64,000 nucleotides of DNA from Cenarchaeum sp. (GCA_965242695.1 CBDESU010000002.1:256001-320000); one strand, 5' to 3'; positions 50,361-59,740 are shown, counted from the stretch's first letter. Notes: generated from the sequence alone by a model not told the origin. Program-made: numbers and translations.

Positions 50361-52304
50361 TCATGCCGGGCTCGAGCCTCCCGCCGCGCTGCCGTCCAGT
50401 ATGGCCTCGACTATCCGCCCCAGCCGTTCGGGGCGCATGCCCCTCTGCTCCATCTCCCGCATCATCAGGTAGGCAAGCAGTGGCTTCTTGTCGCTCCTGC
50501 CACTCAGCCCGTACTCCCGCCTGAACCGTACGGCGAGCGGTGCGTGTATTTCCTCCCCCATGTCGGAGCGCAGCATGCATTCCATGTCGGCCTCGCAGCA
50601 GGCAAAGTCGGGGGTGATGGCCCCGAGCCAAGCGCCGGCGTCGATTTCGTCCCGGGGCATCCCGAGCAGCGACAAGAGGCAGGCGTTGTTCTTTTTTTCG
50701 CTCTCCTTATTGTTGTCCCCGTCCCAGACGACGTACGTGCGCACGCCTAGCTCCTTGAACATGGCAAGGGGGGCGTGCAGGTTGCCCTTTGGCCCGCACG
50801 ATATGACGGCCACGCCCCTCTCGTCAAGCGGCGTGCCGAGCATCTCGGCCGCCCTCATGACTGCTATCCGGTCGGTGTCGCCCTCTACTAGAACCACCCT
50901 GTCGGCAAAGAACCCCTCGCTCATCATAGGAGTCAGGATGCGGTCAAAGTCGTGCTCTAGCCTGCCCGGGTCGGTGCGCCTTGTGGCGCCTGCGTCGACA
51001 AGCCTCTTTCGGATGCTGTCCATGTCGGTCCGCCATACGCGGGTGGTTTTGGGCTTGTCCCTGCCGCCGTCTACCTTGCGCAACATGCGCACCTGTCCGA
51101 TCCGGTCGGCGCCGACAAAGTACGGCGAATGGGTTGTGTAGACTACCTGCATGCGGTCGGCCACGCCGTCAAGCCCACTTTGGGACATCGAGCGGAACAG
51201 GCCTGCAAGATGGCGCATTCGAGTCGGGTGCTGGTAGATTTCCGGCTCCTCGACGGCAAGCACGACCGACGGCCTTTCATGCGTCCCACCCTTGGGTCCG
51301 TCAAGGTTTTGCAACCAAGGAAGCTGCCGCAGGGCGGCCATGATGACAAACGCCCTCTGCAGGCCGTGCCCCGCCGTACCGACCGGCGACACGTACTCGT
51401 CCTCTGCGAGGCGCGGCTCGGCCCGTGGCATGTCGCCGTCCGGGCTTGGCGGGTGCCACTCTAGTTTGACTTGAGAGCCGGGTACAATGCTTTCGAGTGT
51501 CTTGGTCACCTGTGACTTGAGCTCGTCAAGCTCGGAAAGGCCTTCGCCCCGCATAAAGGCAGGGGTCATATCTTTGAGCGCGGTTCGTGAGTCTTGATGT
51601 ATGATCGTTCTGGCAAATGCGTTTTTGGTGGTTTCGTCCAAGAGGCCGCCCAGAACCGAGCCCGCGCCTCCCCCTTTTTTCCCTGCTGCCGCATCACGCA
51701 CGGCAGGGATGTAGAGGATGTATACGTGCTCTTTCAGGTAAGCGGCGCCGTCAACGCCGTCCCCCATGAGCGCCTCGTCGTCGTGGCGGGCATTGTACTT
51801 GTCGGGGTTGTCTTGTACCCAGTCTCTCAAGTAGTCGCGTATTTTGCTGGCTGATGTCAATTCGGGGAAGTTAGAGTACTTGGACATTTCAAACAGTTCG
51901 ACATAGTACCTGAGGGTGGCATCATCGTCTGATTCGTCTAGGGCATCCTCAAAGTCGGGGTTGCCAGGATAGCATCCGTGAAGTGAGCTTGCCGTCTCGT
52001 CGTCCTTCCAGCGAATAATGCGTTTGATGCCAAGTTCGTTGTCACTGGTGTACTTTGGAAACGCGGTCATGACTGCATTTGGAAGATCGGTAAATGTGAT
52101 CTGGATGCTTATATCTTGCGTGGTGTCCCTGTTGTGGTAGTCGTCCTTGCAGGCGGTCATGTCTCCTTGGAACAGCATCAGGGCGTGCAGGAATGTGGAC
52201 TTGCCGGCACCGTTGGGGCCGACTAGGGCGGTGAGGCCGTCAAGGGCCAAGGTGCAGTCCTTTACGGCGCGCAGGTTCTGCACGCGGATCCTCTTGATGC
52301 GCAA
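50361..52304 (-). CDS. OLD-family ATP-dependent nuclease (ABC ATPase + TOPRIM)
   Basis: TTG start MRIKRIRVQNLRAV; Walker A GPNGAGKST; signature-like GHGLQR; Walker B/D-loop VEEPEIYQHP; TTHSP; TOPRIM LVEGDTD and WDGD. Confidence 0.9.
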   Translation of the reverse strand: MRIKRIRVQNLRAVKDCTLALDGLTALVGPNGAGKSTFLHALMLFQGDMTACKDDYHNRDTTQDISIQITFTDLPNAVMTAFPKYTSDNELGIKRIIRWKDDETASSLHGCYPGNPDFEDALDESDDDATLRYYVELFEMSKYSNFPELTSASKIRDYLRDWVQDNPDKYNARHDDEALMGDGVDGAAYLKEHVYILYIPAVRDAAAGKKGGGAGSVLGGLLDETTKNAFARTIIHQDSRTALKDMTPAFMRGEGLSELDELKSQVTKTLESIVPGSQVKLEWHPPSPDGDMPRAEPRLAEDEYVSPVGTAGHGLQRAFVIMAALRQLPWLQNLDGPKGGTHERPSVVLAVEEPEIYQHPTRMRHLAGLFRSMSQSGLDGVADRMQVVYTTHSPYFVGADRIGQVRMLRKVDGGRDKPKTTRVWRTDMDSIRKRLVDAGATRRTDPGRLEHDFDRILTPMMSEGFFADRVVLVEGDTDRIAVMRAAEMLGTPLDERGVAVISCGPKGNLHAPLAMFKELGVRTYVVWDGDNNKESEKKNNACLLSLLGMPRDEIDAGAWLGAITPDFACCEADMECMLRSDMGEEIHAPLAVRFRREYGLSGRSDKKPLLAYLMMREMEQRGMRPERLGRIVEAILDGSAAGGSSPA

Positions 52305-52629
52305 AGCTAATTCAAACCTCCGTCTGGGCGGGGGGCGCGTCGACGATCGCCTGCACGCGCTGGCAACCGTGAGGCTCGGGGCTGGGCTGGGCGGGAAGCG
52401 GTGCACAGTTGACGGACGGGTGCAGCCCACCGGCAGCCCGCGGGGACCGAGCGGAGCGGGGCGAAGGTGTGGGGGAGGGAGTGCTGGCGTAAGGGGACGC
52501 CAAGTGAACGTTGGTGGAATTCGAGGGCAGCGGCGTGCCGGACGGCCGTGGCGGGGGCAGTTAGCGGGATGAAGGTGCGGCGTGCGGCTGGGCCCTGAGC
52601 GGCGGCGGCACCTTCCCAAGCGGCGGCGA

Positions 52630-55600
52630 TCACTGTCCCTCCACCCCCTTACGGATCGACGGCGGTGGCGGCGCAGCCGGCCCAAGCAACTCTTCCGCAT
52701 ACCGGCCGATCGCCTTGTCCGGCAGACCGAGCTCGGACAGGCAGGAGAGCCGCCCGGCGCGCGCGTCGGCGTTGTCGGGGCTCAGTTCGAGCGCCCGGTC
52801 AAAGTGCCCGAGCGCCTCGCGGTGCATCTTCAGGCTCTGCAAGGAAAAAGCCTTGTTGCAGTACAGGCCAAAGTTGCCCGGCTCGAGCGCGATCGCCGCG
52901 TCAAAGTGCCCGAGCGCCTCGCGGTCCCTGTCCATCTCCGCCAGCACGATCCCCGCGTTGTTGTGCGCCCCGGTGTTGCGGGGATCCAGCTCGGCGGCCC
53001 GCCCGTACTCCTCCAGCGCCTCGGCCAGGCGGCTGATCGCCTGCAGGGACATCCCGCGGTTGTAGTGCAAGATGGCCTGCGTCGGCTCGATCCGGATCGC
53101 CCTGTCAAGGCAGTCTAGCGCCTCCTCGTGGCGGCCGAGCTCCGCGAGCATGCCGCCCATGTTCGAGAGTGCGCGCGGGTCGTCGGGCGTGGTCGAGACG
53201 ACCGCCTCGCAGTGAGGCAGCGCCTCACCAAAGCGGCCCAGATCGCGTAGCAGGTAGGACGCAAGAGCGCGAAAGTCCGTCTTGGTGGGATCGAGCTTGA
53301 CGGCCCGCAGGCAGTGAGGCAGGGCCTCTTCCTGGCGGCCCAGCGCGCGCAGGGAGAGCGCCATGACAAAGTGCGGCCTGGGATCCGACCGGTTCGCCTC
53401 GATGGCCCGGCCGCACAATCGCAGGACCTCTTTGTGGCGATCAAGCCGTTGCAGCAAGGCCACTAGCGGCATATACGAGTCGACGCGGCCGGGCGCGGCC
53501 TCGATTGCCCTGCGCCCGTACAGCATGGCCTCCTCGTGGAGGCCCATCTTCGACAGGCAAGTGGACACCCTCTCGTGGGCCAGCGGATCCTCCGGCGCGA
53601 TCTCGGCGGCCCTTTTCGCATGCTGCAAGGCCTCTTCATACCGTTCAAGGTGAAACAGGGTGAATGACGCGTCGTGGTGCGTCTGCGCGCTGCTCGGATC
53701 GAGGCTTGCCGCCCTCAGGCGGTGCGGCAGGGCCTCGGCGTGGCGGCCGAGCGCAGACAGGAAGCGGCCCGTGGCGGCATGCACGGCGGCGTTCGAGGGA
53801 TCCGCCCTGATTGCCGCCATGCAGTGCTCCAGCGCCTCCTCGTGCAGGCCCATCCCCGTCTGGGACTGGGCCATCCTGAGATGCAGGGCGGCATCGGGCG
53901 CGCCCAGCCCAGCGGCCATCTTGTAGGCGTCATACGCCTTGTCGTACCTCTTTTCCTTGAAGAGGCGGTCGCCGCGGTCCACGTACCCTTGGCGCTTTGC
54001 CGCCCCATCATCGCATCCGTTGCCGCCGCCGGCGGAGGCTACGGAGGGGGATGCCAGTCCAGCCGGCCTGCCTTGCGAGGTGGGCCCGCCTGGCGGCGCT
54101 CTAGGCATCTGCGACAGGGCAGAAGCGGGGGGCGGACGGAACGGGGAGCCGCCATCCCCCCGAAAGTCGGCGGACATGAATTTTTCGTGGGAGACTATGT
54201 CGACTCCCATGTGCCGCGAGATCAGAGGCTCGTGTTTGGTCACTATTACAGTGTGCACAGCATAGTCGTAAAATGACTCTTCCAGGTCAAGGCCGAAGTT
54301 CTTCAGGCTTGCAAAATGGCGCTTGAAAAGACGGCGCCGCCGGTGGTGCCTCTTGGCGTGCTCGAGCAGGCCGCGCCGCCCGTCAAGCACCAGCTGGCCG
54401 ACCATAGTCGTCCCTGCCTTGGAAGAGGGCGAGATGTCCTCATACTTTGCCTCTACGAGCACGATGACCTTTTTTGCGCGATCGACGGCTATGCAGTCGA
54501 ACTCTGTCTTTGCGTTGTCGAACGACATGCGCAGCTGCGGCCGGTTGGGCCCGGGGTGGACTTCGAACCCGTCGTCGCGCAGCTTTTGCCTTATTTTTTC
54601 CTCGAAATGGTGCGCGGCGACCTGTCTTTTTTTGTTGTATGTTGTCTGCCCCGCTTCGGTCTGCGTGCCGGAAGTCGAGGTGTTGTTTGAAAACAGGTAT
54701 AATAAGTAAAGAAGCATGGCAGGGTAATCGAAGTAATACCTTTCGCCGTCAAAGACCAGGATCGGCGCGTACGTGTGGCCGGACGTGTAGTCCTCTAGAA
54801 ACCTGCCAAAGTCCCCCTGCATGTTGTTCATCACGGCGGCACCGTCGTAGATTTCGCGGAGGCGTTCCTCGGTAATGATTCCAACGCCGCCCGGCGGGCA
54901 CGTCCTCCAGACGGAAAACAGCGCGGCAAAGTCTTCCGATCGGGACGGGTAGCGGTGCATCTTTGAGATATCGTGCCCCATTTTGAATATATGGTTGAGC
55001 GAGCCGACGAGGGTCAGAGAGTTGTCGTAGATTGTCTGAAAGTCGAACGCGCTTTCCGCGGGCCTGCCTCCGGACTTCCGGTCTATGTCATAGAACGAGT
55101 AGCATGCGGCCCGATCCTGCCGGTTACCGGCGTTGACAAGTCCAAAGGCCATGTCGAAGCTCTGCAAAGCGCGGTGGTACTTTATGACGTATGGCTCTGC
55201 ATTTGCGGTGGTGATGTAGTACTTGGAGCACAGGTTTTCCACTAGTTGCAGTGTGTCAAAGTGGTCATAGTACTGGTCGAACTCGCGGCGGAACTCCGAG
55301 TAGTCTTCCGAGCGGCCCCATTCCGCATTGCCGCTCAGGCGCGTCAGCAGGTAGCCTATGGAGGAGAGGATGCCCAGATTCATGTCGTTGCCTTTGAACA
55401 GCTTTGCGCACTCGTGCGCCCTGGCCTCGAAGAGCTTGCGGAACGCAAACCCCCTGCTGAACCTGCGGAACTGCCGTACGCTCTCGGCGCACAGGTCCCT
55501 TGCGCGCTCCGGCCCCTCGTCGCCGCTGACGTCACCGGAAAACTCCCCCCTGCTCGCGTAGGCATCGCATGCGCGGTTGAAGCACACCCCTTCCGCCGTG

Positions 55601-55746
55601 CCGTCATTGACGTAGAGTGGATCGTAGCAGAAGAGGCACAGGTAGTCGGAGTCGGTGCCGGCCAAGGCGGACTTGTCGTACCTGTCGGCGCGCGCCCGGC
55701 CCGTCCCACTTGGAACGCCCGCAGGGCGGGAAGGTGCGGGGGTCAT
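52630..55746 (-). CDS. Zn-finger + PD-(D/E)xK (NERD-like) nuclease fused to a C-terminal TPR array
   Basis: CLFC...CFNRAC; FEEKI...EFDCIAVD...VLVEAK; about 12 TPRs (GRHEEALDCLDRAIRIEP). Start position uncertain. Confidence 0.75.
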   Translation of the reverse strand: MTPAPSRPAGVPSGTGRARADRYDKSALAGTDSDYLCLFCYDPLYVNDGTAEGVCFNRACDAYASRGEFSGDVSGDEGPERARDLCAESVRQFRRFSRGFAFRKLFEARAHECAKLFKGNDMNLGILSSIGYLLTRLSGNAEWGRSEDYSEFRREFDQYYDHFDTLQLVENLCSKYYITTANAEPYVIKYHRALQSFDMAFGLVNAGNRQDRAACYSFYDIDRKSGGRPAESAFDFQTIYDNSLTLVGSLNHIFKMGHDISKMHRYPSRSEDFAALFSVWRTCPPGGVGIITEERLREIYDGAAVMNNMQGDFGRFLEDYTSGHTYAPILVFDGERYYFDYPAMLLYLLYLFSNNTSTSGTQTEAGQTTYNKKRQVAAHHFEEKIRQKLRDDGFEVHPGPNRPQLRMSFDNAKTEFDCIAVDRAKKVIVLVEAKYEDISPSSKAGTTMVGQLVLDGRRGLLEHAKRHHRRRRLFKRHFASLKNFGLDLEESFYDYAVHTVIVTKHEPLISRHMGVDIVSHEKFMSADFRGDGGSPFRPPPASALSQMPRAPPGGPTSQGRPAGLASPSVASAGGGNGCDDGAAKRQGYVDRGDRLFKEKRYDKAYDAYKMAAGLGAPDAALHLRMAQSQTGMGLHEEALEHCMAAIRADPSNAAVHAATGRFLSALGRHAEALPHRLRAASLDPSSAQTHHDASFTLFHLERYEEALQHAKRAAEIAPEDPLAHERVSTCLSKMGLHEEAMLYGRRAIEAAPGRVDSYMPLVALLQRLDRHKEVLRLCGRAIEANRSDPRPHFVMALSLRALGRQEEALPHCLRAVKLDPTKTDFRALASYLLRDLGRFGEALPHCEAVVSTTPDDPRALSNMGGMLAELGRHEEALDCLDRAIRIEPTQAILHYNRGMSLQAISRLAEALEEYGRAAELDPRNTGAHNNAGIVLAEMDRDREALGHFDAAIALEPGNFGLYCNKAFSLQSLKMHREALGHFDRALELSPDNADARAGRLSCLSELGLPDKAIGRYAEELLGPAAPPPPSIRKGVEGQ

Positions 55747-55988
55747 GGGCGCCCCCCACCAAAGTCCCGCCGCCCCCCTTGGGGCAGGCGCACGAAGGCC
55801 CCACCCGGCAGGGTACGGGACACGGCCCGGCGGCGGCACTGTTCGAGCCGATCGGCAGGACGCCGTGCGATCGCTTCCGCCCGCACCGGGGGGCAACCAG
55901 AGTCCACAGAGGGCGGCAGGCCGCTAGCCAACACGTTTATCGTCCCGCCTGTGTCACAACTGCGGCATGAGACCTTGCCCGTGGCCAT
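55743..55988 (-). CDS. Small Cys-rich ORF, first gene of the leftward unit (possibly a degenerate Zn-ribbon gene)
   Basis: ATG 23 nt after TTTAAATA; CRSC motif; its TGA overlaps the next ATG (ATGA at 55746-55743). Confidence 0.45.
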   Translation of the reverse strand: MATGKVSCRSCDTGGTINVLASGLPPSVDSGCPPVRAEAIARRPADRLEQCRRRAVSRTLPGGAFVRLPQGGRRDFGGGRP

Positions 55989-56011
55989 TGTAAGGGGCCG
56001 CCACACGAGTG

Positions 56012-56048
56012 TATTTAAAGGGTATTTTTCCACCGCATACCGTGCACA
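56012..56048 (-). promoter_or_regulatory. Leftward TATA/BRE promoter with an adjacent partial protospacer for spacer 1
   Basis: TTTAAATA at 56019-56012 preceded by purine-rich GAAAAA. Minus strand 56048-56031 is TGTGCACGGTATGCGGTG, preceded by TTG. Confidence 0.75.
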
Positions 56049-56246
56049 CAAAAGGATATTAGGGGCCAAAAATGCGCGCCCTTGATGGCTCACAGGTAGG
56101 CGGGGATGACAGGACAGGATCGCCCTACCGCTACGGCAGGGCCGACTGCATGCCCTAGGCGCAGCTGGCGTGCGAGACCGATCGCCGGCGTGCAGTGTAG
56201 TTGCAGGAACGAGGTGGCGCATGCCGCACCGCGCGCCTCGGATCGC

Positions 56247-56414
56247 GTTCCGCACCTCGGGTGCGGCCCCATTGAAGCTGTGCTCGGTACGCGGTGCTGT
56301 GCCCGATCGCGCCACTTCCGCACCTCGGGTGCGGCCCCATTGAAGATGCGATCGGCGTGCAGCGTGCTGGGCGGGCGCAGCCGTCCCGCGCCGCGCATGC
56401 GGCCCCGGTGCGCT
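56247..56414 (+). CRISPR. Orphan CRISPR-like mini-array: 2 intact repeats, 1 degenerate repeat, two 36-nt spacers; type I-G (I-U)-like repeat
   Basis: 32-nt repeats at 56247 and 56315 share ttccgcacctcgggtgcggccccattgaag (hairpin ccgcacc-tcg-ggtgcgg; ATTGAAG 3' end). A degenerate copy lies at 56383 (19/24 over its first 24 nt), keeping the exact 68-bp period. Confidence 0.85.
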
Positions 56415-56503
56415 GCACGGCAGGGGCAGGCGGCTACAGGGCGCTGGAAGCGGCGCTGTGCCGCACACCCCGCTGGACGATCAACAAGCAGGAGGAGGCT
56501 ACC

Positions 56504-59500
56504 GTGCTGAGCGAGAAAGAGGAAAAAATCGCAAGGATGCTGGAGGGCAGGTACGGCGAAGAGGTGGCGGGCGCGTTCAGGGGCGGCATCAAGGTCCTCG
56601 ATCACGACAACGAGGACAGGGTGTGCCAGTCGGCGCACTCGCTGCGGGAAGTTCTGGTGATGGTCTACAAGCAGGAAAAGATGGACAGCAAGAAGGAGCC
56701 CAAAGGCGAGGCCGAAAAGGACAACAAGAAAGGGTTCGCGCACAATTTGTCGGTTGTGATGAACCGCGTTGGGCAGCCGACGCACGATGACACCCTCTAC
56801 AGAAAAATAGCCAAAAACAAGGAGCGGCTCGACGGCATTGCGCATCACAGCAGCCGGCGTGACAAAAGAAAGTACAGACTTACAGTGAAGGAGTTTGAAG
56901 AGCTGCTTGAAGAGCTGCTAGCGCCCCACTTTAATGCGCTGGACGACGTCGAGCGCCTCATAAAGAAGCAAACCCCGACGAAGTCTGACTTTGAGGAGCT
57001 GGAAACGCTGCTGTCGAAGAACGACTCGCTGCGCGACTATTTTTTTCAGAACGCAGGGCCGGAATGGCTCGCCCGCCTGGTAGAGGAGGGCTACTTTTCA
57101 AGATCGCATAGGGCAAAAGGAGGGGACGGTGGCGCAATCCTTGCCGACAGGACACTGGCCGGATACCTAGCAGGATGCGCAAAGGAGATGCCCGAGCTAG
57201 CCGCCGGGCCGCTGGCCAGCATGCTGGAGGCAGGCGGCTGGCCGCAGGATCCGATAGTGCAGCTGCATGCGGTGCGCGCCGCCCTCGCCATGCCGCCCGA
57301 TCACGCGCTCAGAATCGCCCGGCAAGTACGACCGGGGCGGCAAGGCCACCCCCTCCACTACTCGGTTGCGGTGCAGGAGGTCGGCGAGCTGGCCGTCCAT
57401 CTGGCGGGATCGCACGCCGGCGACGCGGTCAAGCTGGCCGGGACCCTCTTGTCGGTGACTAGCCGGGTGGGCAGAACCGACACACTGGGTGGCCTTAGAA
57501 TCGAGCACATCGACGTAGTGCCCGTGGTGGGAAGCTACTATTTCGGACTCGCCCTGAAGGACGCAGTATCGCGCCTGTTCGACAAGGCGCCCGTCCAGAC
57601 CACGGCAATGCTGGTGCGCCGCTTGGCCAGGATCATACGCATGGAAAACACGGCGCTCCCCGAGAGCGAGCGCGACGGCGACGCGTCTGTCTACTGGCGG
57701 CCGGCGATCGAGGACCATGCAAACAACCCGCCCGACTTCAAGTCGGATTTGACCGGGACGCTGGCCAGGCTCCTGGTGGAGCTGGGCAAGAGGTCGATTG
57801 CGGAGCTGAAAGAGGCGCTGCGGGCGCTGGCGGAAAAAGGCTATCCGGTGTTCAGGCGCATCGAGCTCCACGTCTACAGGGCCCTCCCAGAGGCCTTTGA
57901 AGACGAGATCAACGCCGCGGTCGGGGCCTGCTTCGGCAGGCGGGAGATGAAGCACGAGTACTTTTGGCTGCTCAGGGGCAGGTTCAGGCACCTGCCCGAG
58001 GCAGTCCGCAGGGGGTACCTGGACAGGGTAGCGGGCGGCCCGGGCGAGCCGTATGTTCAGATAGCGGGCGAGCTTGAACGGGAGGGCAGAGGCCCGCCGC
58101 CCGACGAGGCCGTACGGCGCTGGAAGGTGGACAGGCTGGCCCCCGTGCGCGACCAGCTGACCGAGGCCGAGATGGGCATCGTGGGGGATGCTGTACGAGA
58201 GGACTTCCGCTCGGCCTGTCCAGACTTTGTTGTGCAGTACGGGCCGGCCCGGGTCGGGATCGACACCACGTCACTCAAGAAGGGGCTGGAGCCGGACGCC
58301 GTGATGGAGGCCCTGCGATCGTACGGCGGCAGGGACGACTACTTTTGGAACACGGACGGCACCCCGGAGAGGTTCCAAGAGTACTGCAATGAGTATCCAG
58401 GCGAGTACTCCAAGCGGGCCGGCGAGCTGGCCGGGTACCATCCGCGCCTGAGGGCGGCGCTCTTCGCCGGCCTTCAGGCGGCGGCGGGCAAGAATGCCGA
58501 CATTGACTGGGACGGCGTCCTAGGCCTCTGCGCCTCCACCGTCAAGTCGGTCACGGACGGGGGCGCCGCGTTCGGCGACGAGACAGGGGCGCTTGGCACG
58601 GCGGCGGCGCTGCTCAGAACCGCATTGAGCAAGGACCTCATCGAGCACTCGAAGAGGGACGAACTATGGGGCCTGCTAGAAGGCATGGTGATGCTGGGTG
58701 GAGAAGACGATCTGTCGGACGAGGAAAGAGCGGCCCAGACAGGTGGCGATGCGGCGTCGACGATTCACAACACGGTCGGCGGCATGACGCTCTTGGCCGC
58801 CGGCGAATACGCCATGTGGCGGTCTAGGCATGCAGGCGAAAAGCCGGGCCTTGCGCCAGAGGTGAAGGGGCTCCTCGACAGGTACATCGGCATGGACATC
58901 TACAACACGCCCTCGAGGCATGCGGCGGTAGGGAACATCCTGCCCCTCCTGTACCGGTGCGACAAGGGCTGGATCCAAGGAAGAATAAAAGGTGTATTCG
59001 GCGGCGGCACAGGGGAGCTCACTCGCGCCGCGTGGTCGGGCTATCTCGTCAACGATCCCGACTGGAACTCGTTCGGCGACATGGTTTGGATGTACAGGGC
59101 AGGCGTGGCCAGCCCGAAGAGCCCGTCCGCTGACGACGGCGGCGACTTTATGCCGTACAGCAAGGGCCTCATCAACCACGTCACGCAGGGGCACCTCCTG
59201 CGTATGGGCGAGGCCGACGGGCTGTTCGAGGACATGTCAAAAAACCTCAACAAGAGCGGCAGATCGCACTGCGCATGGATCGTCTATTTGATCCTAAAGG
59301 CCCACAACGGCCACCAATGCGAGTCGTTCGACAGCGAGAGGCTCAGGAGCATATGGAAAGACAGGAGGTTTGCGTTCAACGACTCTCTTAGCGGGTGGGT
59401 CGAGTTCAGCCCCCTAGAGCCGGAGGAGACGCTGGAGCTGCTGCACGGGTCGCTAGAGGCGGCGCCCGACAATGCCATGCCGATGTTCCTGCTAAGGGAG

Positions 59501-59740
59501 CTGAGGCCATTCGCGGACAGGCATCCCGAGAAGGTGCTGGCGTGCCTGGAGGATGTGGCTTACAACGAGTCCCTGCACGAGGAGATCCGCTTTGGCGGGG
59601 ACGACCTGCAGAGCATCCTCAAGGCACTTCTCAAAAACAGGCCGACGCGCCGGCGCGCGACCGAGGTGATAAACAGGGTGGGCGAGCTCGGCTACAACGA
59701 GTACTGCGCCCTGCTGGGCGGAGATGGTACGGGCGCATAG
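56504..59740 (+). CDS. Putative defence protein: N-terminal HEPN-like nuclease domain + long alpha-helical region
   Basis: GTG start after GGAGGAGG; N-terminal QSAHSLRE...RLDGIAHH; internal YWRPAIEDH.NN motif reminiscent of helical regions of SIR2/DUF4020-type defence proteins (recalled, unverified). Confidence 0.6.
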   Translation: MLSEKEEKIARMLEGRYGEEVAGAFRGGIKVLDHDNEDRVCQSAHSLREVLVMVYKQEKMDSKKEPKGEAEKDNKKGFAHNLSVVMNRVGQPTHDDTLYRKIAKNKERLDGIAHHSSRRDKRKYRLTVKEFEELLEELLAPHFNALDDVERLIKKQTPTKSDFEELETLLSKNDSLRDYFFQNAGPEWLARLVEEGYFSRSHRAKGGDGGAILADRTLAGYLAGCAKEMPELAAGPLASMLEAGGWPQDPIVQLHAVRAALAMPPDHALRIARQVRPGRQGHPLHYSVAVQEVGELAVHLAGSHAGDAVKLAGTLLSVTSRVGRTDTLGGLRIEHIDVVPVVGSYYFGLALKDAVSRLFDKAPVQTTAMLVRRLARIIRMENTALPESERDGDASVYWRPAIEDHANNPPDFKSDLTGTLARLLVELGKRSIAELKEALRALAEKGYPVFRRIELHVYRALPEAFEDEINAAVGACFGRREMKHEYFWLLRGRFRHLPEAVRRGYLDRVAGGPGEPYVQIAGELEREGRGPPPDEAVRRWKVDRLAPVRDQLTEAEMGIVGDAVREDFRSACPDFVVQYGPARVGIDTTSLKKGLEPDAVMEALRSYGGRDDYFWNTDGTPERFQEYCNEYPGEYSKRAGELAGYHPRLRAALFAGLQAAAGKNADIDWDGVLGLCASTVKSVTDGGAAFGDETGALGTAAALLRTALSKDLIEHSKRDELWGLLEGMVMLGGEDDLSDEERAAQTGGDAASTIHNTVGGMTLLAAGEYAMWRSRHAGEKPGLAPEVKGLLDRYIGMDIYNTPSRHAAVGNILPLLYRCDKGWIQGRIKGVFGGGTGELTRAAWSGYLVNDPDWNSFGDMVWMYRAGVASPKSPSADDGGDFMPYSKGLINHVTQGHLLRMGEADGLFEDMSKNLNKSGRSHCAWIVYLILKAHNGHQCESFDSERLRSIWKDRRFAFNDSLSGWVEFSPLEPEETLELLHGSLEAAPDNAMPMFLLRELRPFADRHPEKVLACLEDVAYNESLHEEIRFGGDDLQSILKALLKNRPTRRRATEVINRVGELGYNEYCALLGGDGTGA

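Noticed and set aside
50361-52304. Gabija (gajA) call
   Set aside because: No adjacent UvrD-like gajB gene, so it is left as generic OLD family.
56504-59740. Cas13-like effector next to the array
   Set aside because: Only an N-terminal HEPN-like region is visible, not two RxxxxH HEPN domains. The repeat and the 6/12 mismatch pattern point to type I Cascade instead.
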